Part shown: piece by piece, positions 16,681 to 26,457 of the stretch | Layout: each line of letters opens with the position of its first letter | Numbering within the stretch: the first letter of the stretch is position 1 | Assembly: GCF_035685885.1 (NCBI RefSeq) | Contig: NZ_DASRZX010000007.1 | Coordinates: 2,085 to 66,084, forward strand | Direction of reading: 5' to 3' | From: Dyella sp. | GTDB taxonomy: Bacteria > Pseudomonadota > Gammaproteobacteria > Xanthomonadales > Rhodanobacteraceae | Length of the DNA stretch: 64,000 bases | Notes under the pieces: model-generated | Seen by the model: only the letters and a program-made list of their open reading frames with translations | What the model was told of the DNA's origin: nothing | The model's database searches: none | Translations under genes and position numbers: made by a program

Positions 16681-18198
16681 CCACGCCGCCGGATTGAGCC
16701 CGACGTCCTGCACGACGGTGACGGCGGCCAGCAACGGCAAGGCGCAGGCCAGCAGGCGTTCCTCCGGCGAGGGCATCCCGCCTTTGTCCGCATCCAGCAT
16801 GGTCGCAACGAAGTAACCCAACGCTGGCGGCCAGAACAGGCCCAGCGGGAAATCACGGTAGCGGCCGTCGAACACCAGCAGCAGCCCGTACAAGGTGAGG
16901 ATGAACATCCACGCGTAGCGTGCGCGACGGTTCGGCGCCTGCCGCGGGCGCTCGCCCGCCAGCTGCGCACCGATCCAGCGCGCGAGCCCCATCGTGGTGA
17001 TCAGCGCCAGCGCGCACAGCGCCAGCGATACGGTCCATTCGACCGCATCGCGGCAGGCGTAGGACATCTGCCTCAACTGCCACGCCATCGCAGTGCCCGC
17101 GGCAAAGCCCGACAGCGCCATCGCGATACGCGCGCGACGCAGCCGCCATTCGCGCCGCCACCAGCCGGCCAGCACGAACAACACCGCGCCCGCGACGCCC
17201 GCCGCCCAGCCCCACAGCCAGCGCGGCTCTTCGACCACCGCGCCCTGCATCGAAAACTTCGGGCGCGCATGCACGTCGAAGATGCCCCAGTAGCCGCCGA
17301 CGGTGCCTTCCTGCTCGCGTTTCCACGGCTGGTCGAAGGCTTCGATCACGTTGTAGGGCATGTCGACGCTGCCGGCGTAGCGCAGGAAGTCGCGCATGTA
17401 GCGCGCCTCGTTCACCACGCTGGCTGCGGCGCCACGACGCTGCTTGCCTTCGCTGGGCCAGCCTGTTTCGCCGATCATCACCGCGCGCCCGGGAAACTGC
17501 GCCTTGGTGTGCGCATAGACGTCCGCCACGTGCTGCAGCGCGTCCTTCGGCTCGACCGGCTCGTCTTCCCAGTACGGCAGGATGTGGATGGTGATGTAGT
17601 CCACCACTTTGGCCAGCTCGGGATAGCGCAGCCAGAATTCCCACACGTCCGCGTAGGTCACCGGGACATGCGTATCGCGCACCGCATCGTGCAGCTCGTT
17701 GATGTAGCGCGCGAGTGCTTCGGGTGTCTGCTCGCCACGCAACAGCACTTCGTTGCCGACGATCACGCCGCGTAGCACGCCCGGGTTCGCCTTGATGGTG
17801 GCGATGCCCTTGCGAATCTCGTTTTCGTTGGCGACCGGATCGCGGCCGATCCACACGCCGAGCAGCACCTTCATGCCGTAGCGCTGCGCGATGGCCGGCA
17901 CCGCGTCCAGGCCGAAACCCTGCGAATACGTGCGCACGCAATCGAAGCGCTCGGACAATGCGCGCAGGTCGGCATCGATGCGCTCGGGACTCACGAAGGC
18001 ACGAATGTTGAGCGGTGTTTCGCCCGGCTTGCGGAACGGCGCATAGGACACGCATGCGATGCGCGCGCTCGGCGCATCGGGCAAGGACACCGGGCGACCC
18101 ATCTGCCACCACCAGAGCGCACCGCTGAGCGCGGCCACGATGAGCATCAGCCATGCGATCGGCGCGACTCGGGACGATGGCGAGGACGATGGCGGCAT
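16579..18198 (-). CDS. Membrane-anchored GH17 beta-glucanase/transglycosylase (periplasmic beta-glucan synthesis type)
   Basis: CVSYAPFR, CVRTYS, VGNEVLL (acid/base Glu), IGETGWPS (nucleophile Glu), YNVIEAFDQPWK; C-terminal TM bundle. Confidence 0.85.
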   Translation of the reverse strand: MPPSSSPSSRVAPIAWLMLIVAALSGALWWWQMGRPVSLPDAPSARIACVSYAPFRKPGETPLNIRAFVSPERIDADLRALSERFDCVRTYSQGFGLDAVPAIAQRYGMKVLLGVWIGRDPVANENEIRKGIATIKANPGVLRGVIVGNEVLLRGEQTPEALARYINELHDAVRDTHVPVTYADVWEFWLRYPELAKVVDYITIHILPYWEDEPVEPKDALQHVADVYAHTKAQFPGRAVMIGETGWPSEGKQRRGAAASVVNEARYMRDFLRYAGSVDMPYNVIEAFDQPWKREQEGTVGGYWGIFDVHARPKFSMQGAVVEEPRWLWGWAAGVAGAVLFVLAGWWRREWRLRRARIAMALSGFAAGTAMAWQLRQMSYACRDAVEWTVSLALCALALITTMGLARWIGAQLAGERPRQAPNRRARYAWMFILTLYGLLLVFDGRYRDFPLGLFWPPALGYFVATMLDADKGGMPSPEERLLACALPLLAAVTVVQDVGLNPAAWLWMGANLALGGAVLIRWVHTVRLRAHQAKAAHQ

Positions 18199-18404
18199 GC
18201 GCTTCCTGCTGGCTGGGTGCGCCGGACGCGGCGCCTCGTGGGCCGCAGATTCTATCAGGCCATTCCGCACGTCCATGTGCGCCGGTGCCCGGCCGCCGTT
18301 TCACGCCACGCTCAGCGGCCGTTGGCCATGCTGCCGGGCCGCGCATTGCATGTCGTCCCCGAGGACCGCGAAGTCGTTCGCCGCGGGTTGGAAAAGGAGT
18401 GGTC

Positions 18405-20480
18405 ATGTCCCTGTCTGTGGCACCACGGCGTCTTGCCGGACGCCTGTTCATCGTGATGGCCGGTCTTGCGCTGGCTTTTGCCGCCAGCGCCGCCGAGCCC
18501 ACCGCCGCGCAACGTGCCGCGTTCAAGCAGGCGTATGCGGCCGCCCAGCAGGGTGGCGATGGTTGGCGCGCTCAGGCCAATGGGCTGCAGGACTATCCGC
18601 TGTATCCGTACCTGGAGGCAGCGGCACTCACGCACGACATCCGGCAGATCGACCGCCCCCAGGTCGAGGATTACCTCAAGCGCAATCCGGGGCTCATTCC
18701 CGCCACGGATCTTCGCCGCGACTTCCTCGCCGAACTGGCGCGTCGGCAGGACTGGGACAATTTTCTTGCGATGTACCAGCCCGGCCAGGGCGACACGCTG
18801 GCGTGCAGCGCACTGCAGGCGCAGCTGAGCAAGGGCACGCCGCTGGATTTCGACCGTGACCTCGCCGCGCTTTGGGCCAAGCCCAAGCTGCCCAGTACCT
18901 GCGACCCGGTGCTGAGCGCTGCGCACGACCAGGGTCTGCTGACCCCGCAGCGCCTGTGGGATCGCATCGATCGCGCAGCGGATGCGGGCCAGCCTGGCTC
19001 CATCAACGCCATCGCCGGCTGGCTTCCAGGCGAGGACGCCGAGTCCGCCCGGCGCATCGCCTCGGCGCTGAGCGATCCGGCCGCGGCGAGCGTCGCCGCC
19101 AACCAATGGCCCGACACGCCGCGCAACCGCCAGGCTGCCACGCTGGCGCTGGAACGGTTGGCCCGTCGCCAATCGGTGACCGCCGACATCGCGTGGCAGA
19201 AGCTGCAAGGGCATTTCGCGTTCTCGCCGGAACAACGCAACCGCGTCGAATACGCCATCGCCCTGTTCCATGCCACCGACTATGACCAGGGCGCCCTCGC
19301 ACGGCTGGCCGCGTTGCCGGCCGCGTCGCAGACCGACACCAGCCGCGAGTGGCGCGTGCGCGCCGCGCTGGCACAGCAAGACTGGCGCGCCGTGCTCGCG
19401 GCCATCGACGCCATGCCGGCCGCGCAGCAAAGGGATGGCGAATGGCGCTGGTTCCGCGCGCGCGCGCTGACCGAACTGGGACGCCAGAGCGAAGCGCAGC
19501 AGGTACTGACATCGCTGGCGACAGAGCCGACGTTCCACGGCTTCCTCGCGGCCGATCGCCTGGACGCGCCGTATGGCATCTGCCCGAACACGCTCAACGG
19601 CGATGAGCAGCGCGAACAGGCGCTGCTGGCCAATCGCGCGCTGCTGCGTGCGTTCGAGCTGTATGCCGTGGGCCTGCCCCGACAGGCGCGCCGCGAGTGG
19701 ACGCAGGCAATGGACGGTGCCGACGCGCAAACGCTCAGGCTGGCGGTCGATCTCGCCACCCGCCGGGGCTGGTACGACCGCGCCGTGTTCACCTTCAACA
19801 CCGGCGACGCGCTGCGCTATTACGAGCATCGCTTCCCGCTCGCCAGCCAGGACGGACTGGTGCCGCAGGCACAGGAAGCGGGTATCGATCCTTCGTGGGC
19901 TTACGCGATCCTGCGCGCGGAAAGCGCGTGGATGAGCGATGCACGTTCGGGCGCCGACGCGCGCGGCCTGATGCAGCTGCTGCCTTCCACGGCCGCCCTG
20001 GTGGCCAAGCGCAATGGCATCAGCTGGGGCGGCGGCGACACCTTGTTCGACCCGGTGACCAACATCATCCTCGGCACACGCTACCTCGCACAGATGGCCG
20101 AGCGTTTCAGCGGTTCGATCTGGCTGGCGAGCGCCGCGTACAACGCCGGCCCGGGCAAGGTTGATCAATGGCTGGAAGCACGCGGCACGCTGCCCGCCGA
20201 CATTTTCGTCGCCACCATTCCGTACAAGGAAACGCGCGAATACGTGGCGCGCGTGATGTCCTTCGCGGTGATCTACGACTGGCGCCAGCACGGCAACGCG
20301 GTGCCGCTGTCGCAGCGGCTTACGCCGATCGGCCAGGGTTTCAGCCTGCCGGACGCGCGCAGCCAGCGTAAGCTGGTAGCCTGCCCGGCCGTGACGACAC
20401 CCGCTCCCGCGGAAGCATCCAGCGCCGCGCCGGCCAGCAACATGGCGCCTCCGTCCGCGGCATCGAGCGGCACGCATTGA
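18405..20480 (+). CDS. slt: Soluble lytic murein transglycosylase
   Basis: YPLYPYLE N-terminus; AILRAESAW, ARGLMQLLP, AAYNAGPG and IPYKETREYV motifs; GGAG RBS. Confidence 0.92.
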   Translation: MSLSVAPRRLAGRLFIVMAGLALAFAASAAEPTAAQRAAFKQAYAAAQQGGDGWRAQANGLQDYPLYPYLEAAALTHDIRQIDRPQVEDYLKRNPGLIPATDLRRDFLAELARRQDWDNFLAMYQPGQGDTLACSALQAQLSKGTPLDFDRDLAALWAKPKLPSTCDPVLSAAHDQGLLTPQRLWDRIDRAADAGQPGSINAIAGWLPGEDAESARRIASALSDPAAASVAANQWPDTPRNRQAATLALERLARRQSVTADIAWQKLQGHFAFSPEQRNRVEYAIALFHATDYDQGALARLAALPAASQTDTSREWRVRAALAQQDWRAVLAAIDAMPAAQQRDGEWRWFRARALTELGRQSEAQQVLTSLATEPTFHGFLAADRLDAPYGICPNTLNGDEQREQALLANRALLRAFELYAVGLPRQARREWTQAMDGADAQTLRLAVDLATRRGWYDRAVFTFNTGDALRYYEHRFPLASQDGLVPQAQEAGIDPSWAYAILRAESAWMSDARSGADARGLMQLLPSTAALVAKRNGISWGGGDTLFDPVTNIILGTRYLAQMAERFSGSIWLASAAYNAGPGKVDQWLEARGTLPADIFVATIPYKETREYVARVMSFAVIYDWRQHGNAVPLSQRLTPIGQGFSLPDARSQRKLVACPAVTTPAPAEASSAAPASNMAPPSAASSGTH

Positions 20481-20493
20481 GATTGGGGATTCC

Positions 20494-21438
20494 GTGACAC
20501 AACGAACCGCGCAACTGGTGGTACTCGGCGGCACAGGCTTCGTCGGAACGCATCTGGTGCCGCGACTGGCAGCTGATGGACACCGCATCCTGCTGCTTTC
20601 GCGCAATCGCGAGCGACGTCGCGAGCTGGGCGTGCTGCCCAGCGTGCGTATCCGCAGCGTCGACATCTACGACGGCAATGCGCTGCGCCGGCAATTCGAA
20701 GGCGCGGATGCGGTCATCAACCTGGTGGGCATCCTCAATGCCTCCGGCAACCAGACCTTTCAGCGTGCGCACGTGGAACTGACGCAGCGCGTGATCGCCG
20801 CGTGCCAGGCCGCCGGTGTTTCGCGCCTGCACCAGATGAGCGCGCTGAAGGCCGGCCAGGGACTGTCGCAGTACCTCAAGACCAAGGGCGATGCCGAGGC
20901 GCACGTGCGCAACTCCTCGCTGGACTGGACCATCTATCAGCCCAGTGTGATGTTCGGCAACGGTGGCGGACTGGTCGATCGCTTCGACCGATTGTTGCGA
21001 CAGATGCCGATGTTGCCGTTGGCACGCGCCTCTTCACGCCTCGCACCGACCTGGGTAAGCGACGTGGCAGAAGCTTTCGCGCGCTGCGTCGGTGACAACA
21101 AGCTCGGCATCGACCGCAGTTTCGAACTGTACGGACCCGAAGTGCTCACGCTGGGCGAGATCGTCCGGCAGGTACGCGACACCACTGGGCTACGCACACC
21201 CATCCTCGACTTGCCTGATGGCCTTGGCCGCCTGCAGGCACAGATCGCCGGCATGCTGCCGGGCAAGCCGTTCTCGCTGGACAACTTCCAGACACTGCGC
21301 ACCGATTCGGTGGGCAAGACCGATGGCTACGCCGCGCTCGGCATCGTGCCGCAACCATTGTCCCCATGGTTGCCGGTGTTGTTGAACGAGCCTGCGCAAC
21401 AGCGGCGACTCACCAACGCCCGCACCAGCCGCGGCTGA
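20494..21438 (+). CDS. NAD-dependent epimerase/dehydratase, NDUFA9-like SDR
   Basis: LGGTGFVG Rossmann motif, AVINLVGIL, YLKTKGDAE. Confidence 0.85.
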   Translation: MTQRTAQLVVLGGTGFVGTHLVPRLAADGHRILLLSRNRERRRELGVLPSVRIRSVDIYDGNALRRQFEGADAVINLVGILNASGNQTFQRAHVELTQRVIAACQAAGVSRLHQMSALKAGQGLSQYLKTKGDAEAHVRNSSLDWTIYQPSVMFGNGGGLVDRFDRLLRQMPMLPLARASSRLAPTWVSDVAEAFARCVGDNKLGIDRSFELYGPEVLTLGEIVRQVRDTTGLRTPILDLPDGLGRLQAQIAGMLPGKPFSLDNFQTLRTDSVGKTDGYAALGIVPQPLSPWLPVLLNEPAQQRRLTNARTSRG

Positions 21439-21462
21439 GCACATCCGGCCACACACGGCCCT

Positions 21463-21631
21463 TGTAGGAGCGCACCCAGTGCGCGACCGCGGCGTTGCGT
21501 GAACCAGGATCATCGCCGGTGATTCGTTCCCACACGCGTGGCCGAGGGGTTGTTCACCATAGAACGCGACTGATCGCGCCTAAGTCGTCGTCCCACGATC
21601 CCGCCGATCGCGCACTGGGTGCGCTCCTACA
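21463..21631. repeat. REP doublet (REPIN-like) with ~120-bp spacer
   Basis: tgtaggagcgcacccagtgcgcga (21463-21486) and its exact reverse complement (21608-21631). Confidence 0.85.
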
Positions 21632-21662
21632 GGGCGGGCGCGCGCATGGCAGAATCCCGGTC

Positions 21663-22892
21663 ATGCGCATCTATCTCGTCGGCGGCGCCGTTCGCGACAA
21701 ACTGCTGGGAAGGCCCGTCGTCGACCATGACCATGTCGTGGTCGGCGCGCGTCCCGACGAGCTGCTCGCGCAAGGCTATCGGCCGGTGGGCAAGGATTTC
21801 CCGGTGTTCCTGCACCCGAGGACCGGCGAGGAGTACGCGCTGGCACGCACCGAGCGCAAGACAGGCCACGGTTACCACGGCTTCGCCTTCCATGCCGATC
21901 CGTCGGTAACCCTCGAACAGGATCTGGCACGTCGCGACCTCACCATCAATGCGATGGCCGAGGCCGAAGACGGATCGCTGGTGGATCCGTTCGACGGCGC
22001 ACGTGACCTGAAGCAACGCCTGCTGCGCCACGTCTCGCCCGCCTTCGCCGAAGACCCCGTGCGATTGCTGCGCGTGGCAAGGTTCGCCGCGCGCTTCGCG
22101 CCACTGGGGTTCACGGTCGCGCCAGAAACCATGGCATTGATGCAGCAGATGGTGCAGGCCGGCGAAGTCGATCATCTGGTGCCCGAGCGGGTATGGCAGG
22201 AGACACGCAAGGCGCTGGGCGAGGCGCAGCCTTCTGCCTTCCTGCGCGTGCTGCGCGAATCAGGCGCGCTCGCCGTGCTGTTTCCCGAGGTGGATGCGCT
22301 CTATGGCGTGCCGCAGCGCGCGGAGTTCCATCCCGAGATCGACACCGGCGTGCACGTGGAAATGGTGCTGGACATGGCTGCGCGTATCGCGCCGGGCAAC
22401 GACGTGGTCGGGTTCTGTGCGCTCACGCACGACCTGGGCAAGGCACTCACGCCCGACGACGTGCTGCCACGCCACATCGGCCACGAGCACGCGGGCGTGG
22501 AGCCGCTGCGCCGGCTGGTGGCGCGGCTCAAGGTTCCCAACGAACACGCCTCGCTGGCCGAACAGGTCTGCCGCGAGCACCTGAACGCGCATCGCGCCTT
22601 CGAGCTCAAGTCCGCCACCGTCTTGCGCCTGCTCGGTTCGCTGGACGCCCTCCGGCGGCCGGAGCGGCTGGACCTGTTCCTTGCCGCCTGCGAGGCCGAC
22701 AAGCGGGGGCGACTGGGGCATGAGAACGACTCGTATCCACAAGCTGACTATTTGCGGCGAGCCCGGGCAGCCGCCGCGGCGGTCAGCTCGGAGCCCTTCG
22801 TCGCCAGGGGATTGCAGGGGCCGGCCTTCGGCGAAGCCCTGACGGCGGCCCGCATCGCGGCCATCGGCGCGGTGGAACGCCCCCAAGCCTGA
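21663..22892 (+). CDS. cca: Multifunctional CCA tRNA nucleotidyltransferase
   Basis: [48 protein letters not shown] domain (HDLGK). Confidence 0.95.
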   Translation: MRIYLVGGAVRDKLLGRPVVDHDHVVVGARPDELLAQGYRPVGKDFPVFLHPRTGEEYALARTERKTGHGYHGFAFHADPSVTLEQDLARRDLTINAMAEAEDGSLVDPFDGARDLKQRLLRHVSPAFAEDPVRLLRVARFAARFAPLGFTVAPETMALMQQMVQAGEVDHLVPERVWQETRKALGEAQPSAFLRVLRESGALAVLFPEVDALYGVPQRAEFHPEIDTGVHVEMVLDMAARIAPGNDVVGFCALTHDLGKALTPDDVLPRHIGHEHAGVEPLRRLVARLKVPNEHASLAEQVCREHLNAHRAFELKSATVLRLLGSLDALRRPERLDLFLAACEADKRGRLGHENDSYPQADYLRRARAAAAAVSSEPFVARGLQGPAFGEALTAARIAAIGAVERPQA

Positions 22893-23050
22893 ACGAACCG
22901 CGGCAAGGAAAGCCTGGCGGAAGACAGCCGTTTCTAAGGTTATGGGTTCACAATCGTCCGCGATGCCATGCGCCCCGCCCGGCGTGTATAAAGGCGGGCC
23001 GCTGTCGCCGGACCCACTGGCCTGGCGCCTTACTTTCACCGGAGCACTCC

Positions 23051-25042
23051 GTGCCGACTGCACTCAACTCGACCTCCCCGCTGCGCCAGCGCTTCCGCCC
23101 CCTCTGGTGGCTGGCCATCAGCTATGTGGTGATCGGCGCCATTACCCGCATCGCACTGCTGTCCATGTCAGGCGCCGGGGTGCCACACAACCCGCTGTAC
23201 TGGGCCTACGCATTCGGCGTGGGCCTGGCCTACGACCTGGTGGCGTTCGTCTACCTTGCGTGGCCGCTCGTGCTCTATCTGTGGCTGATGCCGCAGCGCT
23301 TTTATGTCTCCCGCCCAGGGCAGTGGCTGCTGTATGCGGGCGGCGCAGTGCTGCTGTTCGGCCTGATGTTCGTGGGTGCTTCCGAACTGGTGTTCTGGGC
23401 CGAGTTCGGCACGCGCTTCAACTTCATTGCCGTGGACTATCTGGTCTACACCACCGAAGTGATCGGCAACATTCGCGAGTCCTATCCGCTGGGCACCTGG
23501 ATCAGCCTGCTGGCGCTGGTGACGGTGCTGGTGGTGTGGTTCACCCGTCGCGGCCTACGCGCGGAAGACAGCGGGACACGGCTGCTCCAGCGCGGCAAGG
23601 TGGTGCTGGTGTGGCTGTTGATCACCGTGGTGACGGCGGTGGGCATCAAGGGCACCTTCAAGGACCGCACCGACAACGCCTACGTCAACGAGCTTTCCGG
23701 CAATGGCGTGTTCGAGTTCTTCGCCGCATTCCGCAGCAGCCACCTGGACTATTCGCGCTTCTACCGCACCCTGCCCGACGACGTCGCGTTCAAGCGCGTG
23801 CGCGAGCGGCTGCAGACGCCCGATGCCACCTTCGTCAGCGATGATCCGCGCGACCTCACCCGCGAGATCCGTCACGCAGGGCCGGAGAAGCATCTCAACG
23901 TGGTGCTGATCAGCGTGGAGAGCTTCTCGGCGGACTTCATGGCGGAGTTCGGCGACAAGCGTGGCATCACGCCCAACCTCGATGCCCTGATCAACCAGAG
24001 CATGTTCTTCGACAACCTCTATGCCAACGGCACGCGCACGGTGCGCGGCCTGGAAGCGCTATCGCTGTCCGTGCCGCCCACGCCAGGCGATTCCATCGTG
24101 AAGGCGCACAACAACGAGAACCTGTTCTCCGCGGCCAACGTCTTCAATGACCGCGGCTACCAGTCGGATTTTGTCTACGGTGGCTACGGCTACTTCGACA
24201 ACATGAACTACTTCTTCGCGCACAACGGCTATCGCGCGGTGGACCGCAACGACATCGGCAAAGGCGAGACCATCCATCACGAGAACGTGTGGGGCGTGGC
24301 CGACGAGGATCTCTACACGCTGTCGCTCAAGCAGATGGACGAGGCCCATGCGCAGGGCAAGCCATTCTTCCTGCACATCATGACCACCTCCAACCACCGT
24401 CCGTTCACGGTACCGGCCAATCGCGTGCCGCAGAAGAACGGCACGCGCGAGGCGGCCGTGGCGTACACCGACTGGTCCATCGCCGATTTCATCAAACGCG
24501 CGCAGTCCAAGCCGTACTTCGACGATACGGTGTTCGTGATCACCGCCGACCACTGCGCCTCCAGCGCGGGCCGCACCAGCGTGCCGATCAACCGCTATCA
24601 CATCCCGCTGTGGATCTACGCGCCCAAGCACATCCAGCCGCAGCGCGTGAGCCGGCAGATGGCGCAGATCGACATCATCCCCACGGTGATGGGCCTGCTC
24701 AACTTCAGCTACCGCAGCCGCTTCTTCGGTGCCGACCTGTTCCAGCTTGAACCCGGCCGCGAACGTGCTTTCCCCGCCACCTACGAAAAGCTCGGCTACC
24801 TGCACGGCGACGTGCTGACCGTGCTGGAACCGCAGCGCAAGCTGGAGCAGGTCCGTCCCAACTTCGACAACGGCGATGCCGTGCCGAATACGCCCGTGGA
24901 CCAGACCCAGGTGGACGACGCCACGGCCTACTATCAGGTGGCCGCTTACCTCTTCAAGCATGGGTTGATGGTGAAGCGTGCGGATGATGGGAAGCCGGTG
25001 CAGCAGGCCGTTACGCCGGAACCCGCAAAGGCGGCAAATTGA
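23051..25042 (+). CDS. LTA synthase/sulfatase-family phosphoglycerol transferase
   Basis: Five N-terminal TMs; NVVLISVES, GTRTVRGLE (Thr nucleophile), TTSNHRPF, TADH. Confidence 0.85.
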   Translation: MPTALNSTSPLRQRFRPLWWLAISYVVIGAITRIALLSMSGAGVPHNPLYWAYAFGVGLAYDLVAFVYLAWPLVLYLWLMPQRFYVSRPGQWLLYAGGAVLLFGLMFVGASELVFWAEFGTRFNFIAVDYLVYTTEVIGNIRESYPLGTWISLLALVTVLVVWFTRRGLRAEDSGTRLLQRGKVVLVWLLITVVTAVGIKGTFKDRTDNAYVNELSGNGVFEFFAAFRSSHLDYSRFYRTLPDDVAFKRVRERLQTPDATFVSDDPRDLTREIRHAGPEKHLNVVLISVESFSADFMAEFGDKRGITPNLDALINQSMFFDNLYANGTRTVRGLEALSLSVPPTPGDSIVKAHNNENLFSAANVFNDRGYQSDFVYGGYGYFDNMNYFFAHNGYRAVDRNDIGKGETIHHENVWGVADEDLYTLSLKQMDEAHAQGKPFFLHIMTTSNHRPFTVPANRVPQKNGTREAAVAYTDWSIADFIKRAQSKPYFDDTVFVITADHCASSAGRTSVPINRYHIPLWIYAPKHIQPQRVSRQMAQIDIIPTVMGLLNFSYRSRFFGADLFQLEPGRERAFPATYEKLGYLHGDVLTVLEPQRKLEQVRPNFDNGDAVPNTPVDQTQVDDATAYYQVAAYLFKHGLMVKRADDGKPVQQAVTPEPAKAAN

Positions 25043-25051
25043 GCGTTGCCC

Positions 25052-26395
25052 TCAGCGGGTGCGGACGATCTTCAAGTCGCCCTGAGAGGTGATGAGGTAA
25101 TCACTCGCCTCGTCACCGCTCACCAGTTGCACGCGCCCACCGATGGCAACGCCCTGGTAGCCAGGGATGTCAAAAGTGAGCCGCTCATAGATCCATCGGT
25201 CTTTTTCAACTTCCGGTCGCAGGCGCACGATCGAGGTGGAGGCTTTTACGGCCTGCGCCAGAGCCGGGGAGAAATGCGATTGCTTGACGCCAATGTCGTG
25301 CGTACTGCGCACGATGTTGACGCCATGCCAAACGCAAAACAGGGCGTATATCGCCACGATCACTCTAGATACCCGCGGCATCTCGCGCCAGGCAAGCGCC
25401 ACCACGCCGGCGGTAACCGCGGCAAACCCGTAGCCATATTGATTGGCTGCGCCGCCAAGCAACAGCACCGGCCCGAGGGCGGCAGCCCCACCAAGCACGA
25501 ACGCCGCAACCCAACGCCATCCGACGCGCCACAGCGCGGCGACCAGCAAGAGCCAGCCCACGCAGGCCATCTGAATCTGCTGGCTGCCAAAGCCTTTCTG
25601 CAGAAAATCGCCTGCACCAAGGCGGGATGTGAGCACAGGGAACAGCTGGTACTCCAGCCAGCGCACGGGTATCGACGCAAAGCTCCACTGGTAGATCGAG
25701 CCCGTGGTTGCTTTCGAGAAGAGGATGCTGCCCAAGCGCAAGGCGAGATAGATGGCCACGGGGGCGCCAGCGGCGAACATGGCGATTCCCCATGCGCGTT
25801 GTCTTCCCGAAAACCACCACGCAAGAAGGACAAGCACGGGAATGACGATGGCCGCTTCCTTGGACAGCAAGGCGACGGTCGTCAATGCGGACACGATGGC
25901 AACGATGACCCATGCACGACGCGCATGCATGGCGACCAAGCCAATGGACAGGGCACAGCTCAGCCAGATGAGATCGGCAATCGTGCCTACCCAGCCATGT
26001 ATGTAGCTCGCGTAGGGCCCGAGTGCGAACACCAGGGCGCCCAGCAGGGCGATGTGAAATTCCGCGCCTGCACGCCGCAGCAGCTGCGCCAGCAGGCCTG
26101 TGTTGATGGCGCCCCACATCACCAGCACCGCATGGAACGCGTAGGGATGCTCAAACAGGTGGCGCGACAGCACCATCCATAGCGAGAACGTCAGTGGTCG
26201 ATACTGGAAGGCATGAATGTCGCCCCACAATCCATTGCCGAAGAATCCACCGGGTGAATGCGTGGCGTAATAAGCCCATTGCAGCTCGTCATGGCTGAGA
26301 TAGCCTGGATTGAAGATCAGCGGCGACTGCAAAAGCAGCACGCCCAGCACGGCAAGGACAAACAGCGTCCATGGTTTGTTGGTGATCACATCCAT
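25052..26395 (-). CDS. Putative GT-C fold membrane glycosyltransferase
   Basis: 447 aa polytopic protein; first loop GYLSHDELQW, YRPL, LLSKEAAIV motifs typical of lipid-donor glycosyltransferases. Confidence 0.6.
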   Translation of the reverse strand: MDVITNKPWTLFVLAVLGVLLLQSPLIFNPGYLSHDELQWAYYATHSPGGFFGNGLWGDIHAFQYRPLTFSLWMVLSRHLFEHPYAFHAVLVMWGAINTGLLAQLLRRAGAEFHIALLGALVFALGPYASYIHGWVGTIADLIWLSCALSIGLVAMHARRAWVIVAIVSALTTVALLSKEAAIVIPVLVLLAWWFSGRQRAWGIAMFAAGAPVAIYLALRLGSILFSKATTGSIYQWSFASIPVRWLEYQLFPVLTSRLGAGDFLQKGFGSQQIQMACVGWLLLVAALWRVGWRWVAAFVLGGAAALGPVLLLGGAANQYGYGFAAVTAGVVALAWREMPRVSRVIVAIYALFCVWHGVNIVRSTHDIGVKQSHFSPALAQAVKASTSIVRLRPEVEKDRWIYERLTFDIPGYQGVAIGGRVQLVSGDEASDYLITSQGDLKIVRTR

Positions 26396-26457
26396 CGCAG
26401 ACTTGCTTCCTTCAAGGAAATCCTGGCGAGACTGTCGGGCGCCCCATGGGCGATCGC

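Noticed and set aside
21463-21631. REP doublet as a mini-CRISPR or IS end
   Set aside because: Arms are inverted, not direct; no cas or transposase gene nearby.
22925-22950. Possible two-component regulator direct repeat (taaggtt/tgggtt) upstream of the LTA-synthase gene
   Set aside because: Too degenerate to support.
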